From contig CAVPXM010000051.1 in assembly GCA_963709405.1 (NCBI GenBank), forward strand, positions 1 through 39,227: a DNA stretch of 39,227 nt, in the 5' to 3' direction. A program made the position numbers and the translations under genes. Shown here piece after piece: positions 32,443-39,227 of this stretch; within the stretch, counting starts at the first letter, position 1; every line of letters begins with the position of its first letter. Source of the DNA: an uncultured Nitrososphaerales archaeon. GTDB taxonomy: Archaea > Thermoproteota > Nitrososphaeria > Nitrososphaerales > Nitrososphaeraceae. Under the pieces are notes generated by a model, which was given only the letters and a program-made list of their open reading frames with translations, made no database searches and had not been told where the DNA came from.

Positions 32443-33189
32443 TTGAAACAGAAAACCTTACTTACAAAGATAGCAAATGGATTAACTTCTAACCAGCGAA
32501 TATTTTTTGTAGAAATTATTGGCACATTCATAGTAGTAGTTCTTGCAACAGGTTCAGTGGTAATTGATGCCAAATTAAATGGAATATTAGGTATACCTTT
32601 CATTGCATTTGCTCCATTTATAGGAGTTGCTGTAGGAGTCTACTTATTTGGAAAAATATCTATGGCTCATTTCAATCCTGCTGTGACATTAGGGTTTCTT
32701 ATTACTAAACATATAACAAGAATCCAGTTATTTTATTACTTTTCGGCAGAGATAATAGGTGCCTTACTTGCAAGTCTTTTTGTAAAATTTGCAATAGGTA
32801 GTGAGGCAAACCTAGGAGCAAATGCTCCAAATTATGCATTTCCTATACCAGTAATAATTGGAGTTGAAATTGCGGCTTCTGCAATGCTAATGGCGGTTAT
32901 CTTTGTAGTTGTCTATACTAGAGGATTAAGAGGATTTAGTGGTATTGCTATAGGTGGTATGGTTGGATTAGATATATTCTTTCTAGCGTTTATATCTGGC
33001 GCTTCAATGAATCCTGCTCGCTCCCTGGCTCCCGCACTTGTCTCTGGAGTCTTGAACAATTTATGGCTTTATTGGTCGGCTACATTTATAGGCACATCAA
33101 TAGTTGCCTTAATGTTTAGAAGGCGTTTATATCAAAAAAATCATAGTTCGTGTTATATTCTACCAAATAAGAAAGTAATGAACAGATAA
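32443..33189 (+). CDS. MIP-family aquaporin, probable As(III) or methyl-arsenical channel
   Basis: HFNPAVT and SMNPARS; co-oriented after arsC; TTG start assumed. Confidence 0.9.
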   Translation: MKQKTLLTKIANGLTSNQRIFFVEIIGTFIVVVLATGSVVIDAKLNGILGIPFIAFAPFIGVAVGVYLFGKISMAHFNPAVTLGFLITKHITRIQLFYYFSAEIIGALLASLFVKFAIGSEANLGANAPNYAFPIPVIIGVEIAASAMLMAVIFVVVYTRGLRGFSGIAIGGMVGLDIFFLAFISGASMNPARSLAPALVSGVLNNLWLYWSATFIGTSIVALMFRRRLYQKNHSSCYILPNKKVMNR

Positions 33190-34495
33190 TAGACAGCAAT
33201 ATTAGTCGCAGTTACTATGAATCCTACTTTAAGAAATTCAGAATATGAAAATGCTTTGACACCTTTGGATTCAGCGGCCTCTATAATGATAATGTTGCTT
33301 GCCGCTCCAAATATTGTAAGGTTACCAGCAATAGTGCTTGCTGCGGCAAGCATCATCCATTCAGAAACATCATCGGCATTAAAGCCATTATCTATCATTA
33401 CATTATTATAAATGACTACGAAAGGAACATTACTTAGTATTTGACTGAATGTTACGCTAACGATTGAAATAATGGTATTGTTTCTAATTATATAATTGTG
33501 ATCGGCGACAGGGTTTGGAATATTTGACATAATCTCAGGGATTAAACCCGATGTCCATAGTGCAGCAGTAAATACAAACATAGGCAGCAAAAAATACTAG
33601 AACAGAATAATCTACGTTATACAATAGTTCTCTACGTTCGTTACTTAAAGCATAAAGTGCTATTGCCCCAATAGCGGCAATAACACTTATGTTAAAATAT
33701 GGAATACGAAAAAGAAACTGAAGAACTTCTGAAATTACAAAACCTAGAACAGTTAAGAAAAGAATAATAACTGAAATTCTGGCAAGATATGGGTTAGTAA
33801 TAACATTGGTCGACAATAGTGCATCGTCTTTAGTAATTACAATCTTATTACCATGATTTACATGATTGGAAACTTTTGATAGTTCTTTTTTAAAATATAC
33901 TTTCAAAATAAAGTAAGTTAGAAATAGATTTAGTATAGTTGGAATAATTAACCATTTCATGAATGTTAAGAATGGTAGAGAAATACCACTTCTGATGGCT
34001 ATTAGCAGATTTTGAGGATTTCCGATAGGAGTCATGACACTTCCTATACTAATTCCAAATGCAAGTGCAATGAAGAGAACTGTTGGTCTAAGCCCAATTT
34101 GTCTTGATACATGTATTACAAGTGGTATACCAAGTAAAGCAATTGTATCATTTACTAAAAATGCAGAAAGTAATCCTAACCCTATAACAAATACGAACAG
34201 TATTGAATTAAGATCACTATTTGCTTTATCTAACATCTTCGCTGCCTACATACTTGAGCACTCCTGACCTGTCAAGTGCAGATACTATACTGAACATTCC
34301 AAAAAGAAATATAATTACATCGAGATTGATTGCTTTAAATGCATCTTCAATGCTAATGACTTGAAGTCCGACCATAAGGCCTGCTCCAATCAACATTGAT
34401 GTCCAAATTGGTATATTATTCAGTCTCCTTCTTTCTATGATAAGAAGGAATACGAGTGCAAGCACGCCTATTGCAATAAACTCATCAGTATACAT
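33153..34495 (-). CDS. ArsB/NhaD/SLC13-type anion permease with two +1 frameshifts
   Basis: LSAFLVND, TPIGNPQN, SQILSNVP and GNLTIFGAASN; three ORFs rejoin near 34245 and 33583. Confidence 0.88.
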
Positions 34496-34781
34496 CTTGC
34501 TTGCTCTTTCATATTGGTTAATATAGTAAATAAATTATGTATTATTCTTTCTTTGTCACAAAAAGCCTGTTTTATTCTAAAACAATCCATACAAGCAATT
34601 TTTTATGGACTTTCTAATTTCATTATGATTACCGAGCGATTTCTAGCGAGTAATTAATTAAATACTGAATTAAACTATTGCTATTACAGGGCGGCATCAA
34701 CATTGTTCAATGTCTTGCTCTGCAATCATCATATGTAAATATCATATTGCTAGTATCTTTACTGGTTGTAAATGTCTTTAT

Positions 34782-35297
34782 ATGTCATCTTCATCTTCGT
34801 CATATTTTGATATCATTAAGTTAAGAAGATTAACTGATGGAAAATTAGTATTATTTGGCATTATTGCAATGATAGCAGCGTTTGCAATATTACTTATTTT
34901 TGTAAGTGGAGGAGGAGTAAGACACGTTCCAATTACCTGGAAGGAGAAAGTAGAAGCAACAATAGCATTTAGAAATATTAATGGAAATGTAAAGGTAGTT
35001 GGTCTAAAGGGAATAACCCAAGTTAATCCTACTTTGGTGTCTAGAACTGGAGATACTGCTTATATTCTTACTATAATAAATCAAGATCCAGGTAGTCCGC
35101 ATATGTTCTATGTTACTGGAATAAACGCACATACAAAAATACTTAGACCATTAGAAAATGATACAATAACAATATATTCAAAAAGTCAGGGAACATATAA
35201 TTACTATGATAGGCTTGATTCTGGTATCAATGGCACAGAAATAAAACCTCTTGGACAATTTATGGCAGTAAAAGTGGGAGGAGATGAATGGTCATAA
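34782..35297 (+). CDS. Membrane-anchored cupredoxin-fold-like protein lacking Cys/Met ligands
   Basis: TM segment, NPTL, IINQD..PHMFY and GTYNYYD. Confidence 0.6.
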   Translation: MSSSSSSYFDIIKLRRLTDGKLVLFGIIAMIAAFAILLIFVSGGGVRHVPITWKEKVEATIAFRNINGNVKVVGLKGITQVNPTLVSRTGDTAYILTIINQDPGSPHMFYVTGINAHTKILRPLENDTITIYSKSQGTYNYYDRLDSGINGTEIKPLGQFMAVKVGGDEWS

Positions 35298-36133
35298 TCC
35301 AGTCGGAATGTGTGTTGTAATCTGAAATACCCTCAAAAACATTGTAATTGCTACAACGATCAACACTATTCCGATTATGCGTTTAAGACTTGTATCACTA
35401 AACCGATTAGTATATCTTGCTCCAAGATATCCACCTATCATTGCAGCAGAACCCATTACCATCAGAACAAGATAATCAATGTTGTGATTTATGATATGTC
35501 CTATCAAACCAGATATTCCCATTACTGATGCTGCTGCCAAGTTTGTTCCTATCGCAACTCTAGGCTCCATTTTTAATAGTGATATCATTGCAGGCATACG
35601 TATGCTTCCAAGAACTAATCCTACTAGACCTCCAAGAAAACCTATTCCGAATCCGATAATCGATTCTAGGAGAATTAATCTATTCTTGCTGTCAGTAAAA
35701 ATTTTATCGCTCGTTTGCAGTTTCATCTAATTCATTATTGTTAATATTGTTGTGCCTTTTCTTTTTTATTCTTGAACCATTAAGTAATGCAAATGATTCG
35801 TATGAGACAATTATACCAATTATCATGAGCAAAAGAACTATGGGAACATAACTTGTAAAGAATGAGCCAATAAATGCTCCGGCAGCACCTGTTGTAGCCA
35901 AAAAAATAAATGCACGAAATTGTATATTTTTTTGATGATAATGACGTATTGCAGCAGTTATTGCACCTAACGTGCTTACTCCAAGGTTTGTTCCTGCAGT
36001 AATACTGACCGAAGTTTCTACACTCATCACCAAGGGAAATCTTACTACTCCTAAAACTAATCCAACCATCCCTCCTACAAATCCTATCGCTAGACCGGAT
36101 AAAGCAAGACCAAGAAAATAGATTATCTCAATA
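35292..36133 (-). CDS. TauE/SafE (TSUP) family permease; one frameshift in the linker, start unclear
   Basis: Two homologous halves: GFVGGMVGLVLG...AGTNL and GFLGGLVGLVLG...IGTNL. Confidence 0.85.
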
Positions 36134-36236
36134 AAAAATTTAATCAGATGGGTAATAAAAGGTAAATGATGTGATCATCATAATTTATGATGTTGTTTTT
36201 CTTGTCTTGTCCTTTAGCAGAAGGCATAGATTTTTC

Positions 36237-36396
36237 TTAATTCGCCGATAATTTAACAGATAAAATCTTGTTGCCGATTGTTTATTCCTTTTGGTGTATA
36301 AAAATCTGCTTCTATCTGAACGGTTCTGTCCAATTCTAAAAACTTGTAATTGACTACAATGGCTTTTTCATAGACTATTACGCCGTCCGTCATCAT
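36237..36396 (-). CDS. Small hypothetical protein with a +1 frameshift
   Basis: MMTDGVIVYEKAIVV...FYTPKGI-(frameshift)-TIGNKILSVKLSAN*. Confidence 0.35.
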
Positions 36397-36416
36397 TATT
36401 ATTACTCTTACTCCTA

Positions 36417-36828
36417 TTATCTTAATTGCTGCTTTTGTTTAGCAGTCATTCTTCCATGCTTGCTTAGTATAAACGCAATAATGCCGACATATATGAATTC
36501 AAATACTTCTGCTCGCTATTCCCATCGGAATAATCGGTAATGCTCTCCCTCCAGTGATTGGATTTGGAACCCTTGTAATAAAGAATAGTATTATTAACAC
36601 AATAGTTCCAGCTATTCCAATATAATGCCAGTTTCTTGACCATCTTCTCATAGTAGGTATTGTCCAAAATAACTGTGCTATTCCTACAACTAAGAAGAAT
36701 ATTCCTATAGGAGTAGAAAATCGTATTACGTTTGGAACTAGCATCAGGTGCAATATTCCAGCTATTGCAATAGCTGCGGCTGCAGCATAGAAACAATATA
36801 TGATTAGATTAGTCATATTTAGTTTCAT
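36417..36828 (-). CDS. Four-TM membrane protein with a +1 frameshift near 36513
   Basis: AGILHL...GIAQLFW...TRVPNPITG...GIA-(frameshift)-AEVFEFIYVG. Confidence 0.75.
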
Positions 36829-36883
36829 GTTCTAATAAATGTGGACATTTCCTAATTATTATTACTATTGTTGTCATTATCAT

Positions 36884-37330
36884 TTATTTCTCTCTACCTT
36901 TATCACCATTATCCTCGTCATAATCCAATTTCTGGTCGATTTTTCTCTGTAATTCTTTATAGCGCTCATACCTTTTACTCCACTTTGAAAGCACAAACCA
37001 TTGCCTTATTCCTATTCCTAGCCATACAAGAGATATTAGGAACGGAACAAAACGTGCTATACCAAAGTAATGACCAAATTGTGGTGGTGGACCAAATCTT
37101 TCATGTATTATTCTACTACCACCCTCAAATGGAAATGGCGGTCCGAATAATGCAAATGTAATAGCAAAAGATAATGGCGGAATGATCATAACGGTCAATA
37201 TCATTATAATGAATATCTTTTTTGTAATGTTGAGCTCATGTATGATTCCATCCATTATTTGAAATAGATTTTCTCTGGATTCTTTGTTTTTATTATTATT
37301 ACTATTATCGTTTTTCTTTGGGCATGTCAT
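36884..37330 (-). CDS. Two-TM membrane protein with a charged C-terminal helix
   Basis: Hydrophobic segments flank a Pro/Gly/His loop. Confidence 0.75.
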   Translation of the reverse strand: MTCPKKNDNSNNNKNKESRENLFQIMDGIIHELNITKKIFIIMILTVMIIPPLSFAITFALFGPPFPFEGGSRIIHERFGPPPQFGHYFGIARFVPFLISLVWLGIGIRQWFVLSKWSKRYERYKELQRKIDQKLDYDEDNGDKGREK

Positions 37331-37433
37331 GATGGATTAATTATAGTATTATTGGCCTCCAATGTATTATAAACAGTGCAGTAACCTTGTTACTTATGGT
37401 TATCACTACATATAGATACGAACATGATTAGTA

Positions 37434-37733
37434 TCATTTGGTTTTTTCCATCTGGCTCCTTGGAAAGAGTGATTCATATGGTTCTAGAATTTGTTTTAGG
37501 ATATCGTTGCCTTTCTCTGAGAGCGTGTATTTGATTATCGTTTTATTGCCCCAGGGTTCTTCAGTTCTAATTATCATTTCCTTTCTTGCCATATCGTCAA
37601 TAATATCTTTGTGCTTTACATTGTTTAAACCGCAATAGCTTAAGAGCTTTGTTTGATTAAGCTCACCATATTCGTAAAGTTTCAAGAGAATATCTTTTCT
37701 TATGTAAATTCTGTCTCGATATTCATGGACCAA
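37434..37733 (-). CDS. Archaeal winged-helix transcription regulator
   Basis: YRDRIYI.KDIL...NQTKLLSYCGLN...YTLSEKG. Confidence 0.85.
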   Translation of the reverse strand: MVHEYRDRIYIRKDILLKLYEYGELNQTKLLSYCGLNNVKHKDIIDDMARKEMIIRTEEPWGNKTIIKYTLSEKGNDILKQILEPYESLFPRSQMEKTK

Positions 37734-37970
37734 TTTAGTTCAATTATCATAAGAAGCATAGTTAGTCTGTGAAATCGAATTGTTAAAAAGACATTTGGCA
37801 GATGATTTGAAATTATGATGATAACGGCTATAATAATATAGTATATAATTGGTAATCTGAATAACCATTGACAACATTTGATCGTCTATAATACTATACT
37901 TTCTTGTAAATATGAATACCTGCTATCGTGTGTTCAATAAGAAAAAGAATGAAGACTTCAGGTAACTAAG

Positions 37971-38280
37971 TGTTGTACTTACTGACATAGGTGACAATTT
38001 AGCTTACAGACATGGGTTACACTTCTGTCGGGAAGTGAATCCATATAGAAATCAGAACAAGGTTTAATCTAATACATGAGAAAGAATGGACTGGCGATAC
38101 AGTATCTAATATTTGTAAGAGATATGGTGTATCCAGAAAGACTTACTACAAGTGGAATAATAGATACAAGCAGAAAGGGATAGAAGGCCTATCAGATAAC
38201 TCCAGAAGGCCTCATAAAATCAACTACAGGAAGGTAACACCAGAAGTAGAAGAGACTATACTTGATCTACGATTAACTAA
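37971..38280 (+). mobile_element. Left part of an IS481-family element, interrupted by IS5
   Basis: End begins TGTTGTAC..GACATAGGTGACA with a second GACATGGGTTACA repeat; the frame from 38039 reads VSNICKRYGVSRKTYYKW...GIEGLSDNSRRPH. Confidence 0.8.
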
Positions 38281-39223
38281 GAACCCATCCGAAAAGTAGA
38301 GTTTTATTGAGTTATAAGCAAACTGTGTTTGATCGATAAAGCTAAGCTGTACTACACTTTCTTTTGAGCTGTATTGATATCAGAGGTTACTGGAGTTGAT
38401 TCATCGGTACTGCATACCTGATGTTGTATGGGATAGAATCATTACATTGCTATCATCATCAATACGTAGGAGAAAGAAGAAAAAGGCTGGTCGTCCAAGA
38501 ATGGATGACAGGAAGGCCATGAGTGCTATTTTCTACGTCCTACGTACAGGCTGTCAGTGGAATGCTCTACCTAGAAGTCTTGGTGCTTCAAGTACAGTAC
38601 ATGACAGATTCCAGGAATGGAGAAAGGCTGGTGTTTTCAAGCGAATGTGGATCGATGGATTGTCGGTATATGATAAAAAAACTGGGATCGATTGGAAATG
38701 GCAGGCTATGGATGGCGTTATTACAAAAGCGCCTCTTGGGGGAAAAAAGCACAGGACCAAATCCCACGGACAGAGCTAAATCAGGTACAAAACGTAGTAT
38801 TCTGGTAGATGGTAAAGGAGTACCACTTGGTGTATGTGTAGATGGAGCTAACAGGCATGACATGAAGATGACCAAAGCAACATTGCAAAGCATAGTCATC
38901 TATAGACCTGAACCAACAATCAGATCAAAGCAGCACATGTGCATGGACAAAGGCTACGCGTTTCCAGAGGTATACGAATTACTGGAAGAGTATGGCTATA
39001 CAATTCACATCAGATTAAAAGGAAAGGAAAGAAGGCAGCATTAAAGAAGGAATACCAAAATACAGAGCTAGACGATGGGTTGTTGAAAGAACCCATTCTT
39101 GGATGAACAGATTCAGACGATTGCTGGTAAGATGGGAAAAGAGGATTGAAAACTATATTGGAATGTTACATTTTGCATGTGCATGGATCACCTATAGAAG
39201 AAGTGGACTTTTCGCATAGGCTC
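38281..39223 (+). mobile_element. IS5-family element (IS402/IS427-like, 943 bp)
   Basis: TIR gaacccatccgaaaagt / gagcctatgcgaaaagt; TAA duplication at 38278-38280 and 39224-39226; LRTGCQW, a G5A6G frameshift site, DKGY and RWVVER; extra frameshift near 39040. Confidence 0.93.
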
Positions 39224-39227
39224 TAAG

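Noticed and set aside
37963-38281. taactaag direct repeat as a target duplication
   Set aside because: The second copy is internal IS481 coding sequence plus the IS5 target and first IS5 base, so it is likely coincidental.
4234-38899. Many short antisense ORFs (e.g. 4234, 10625, 11883, 17013, 19714, 20404, 31213, 34034, 35491, 38588)
   Set aside because: They lie opposite better-supported genes and show no family motifs.
1-39227. CRISPR array, tRNA or rRNA genes
   Set aside because: No regularly spaced repeats or cloverleaf/rRNA signatures were seen by eye; a covariance-model search was not possible.

Overview
AT-rich archaeal DNA, most likely from a soil ammonia-oxidising archaeon (Nitrososphaeraceae). 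That assignment is inferred from DUF6659-like paralogues, a stand-alone secreted Cache domain, cupredoxin-fold proteins and typical secreted proteins. About 0-25 kb is a decayed accessory region. It holds an intact terminase large subunit, its IS-disrupted upstream HTH partner, a truncated family-B polymerase, an SSB-like gene, a hidden tail-tube-like fragment, and a patchwork of short gene fragments. About 29-37 kb holds an arsenic-resistance locus: arsM-arsC-aquaporin and a convergent ArsB-like permease. Divergent from arsM, and with no recognisable ArsR, lie a Cys-Cys HxlR-type regulator, an unannotated 44-aa 9-Cys metallothionein-like ORF and two YnfA/SMR-like genes. This divergent arm is the best candidate for an undescribed system. 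Mobile elements are two near-identical IS630 copies (each splitting a gene at TTAA), a second IS630 type, and an IS5 nested in an IS481. Many genes are restored by deleting one base, which may reflect sequencing error. All family calls come from motif recognition by eye; no database search was run.
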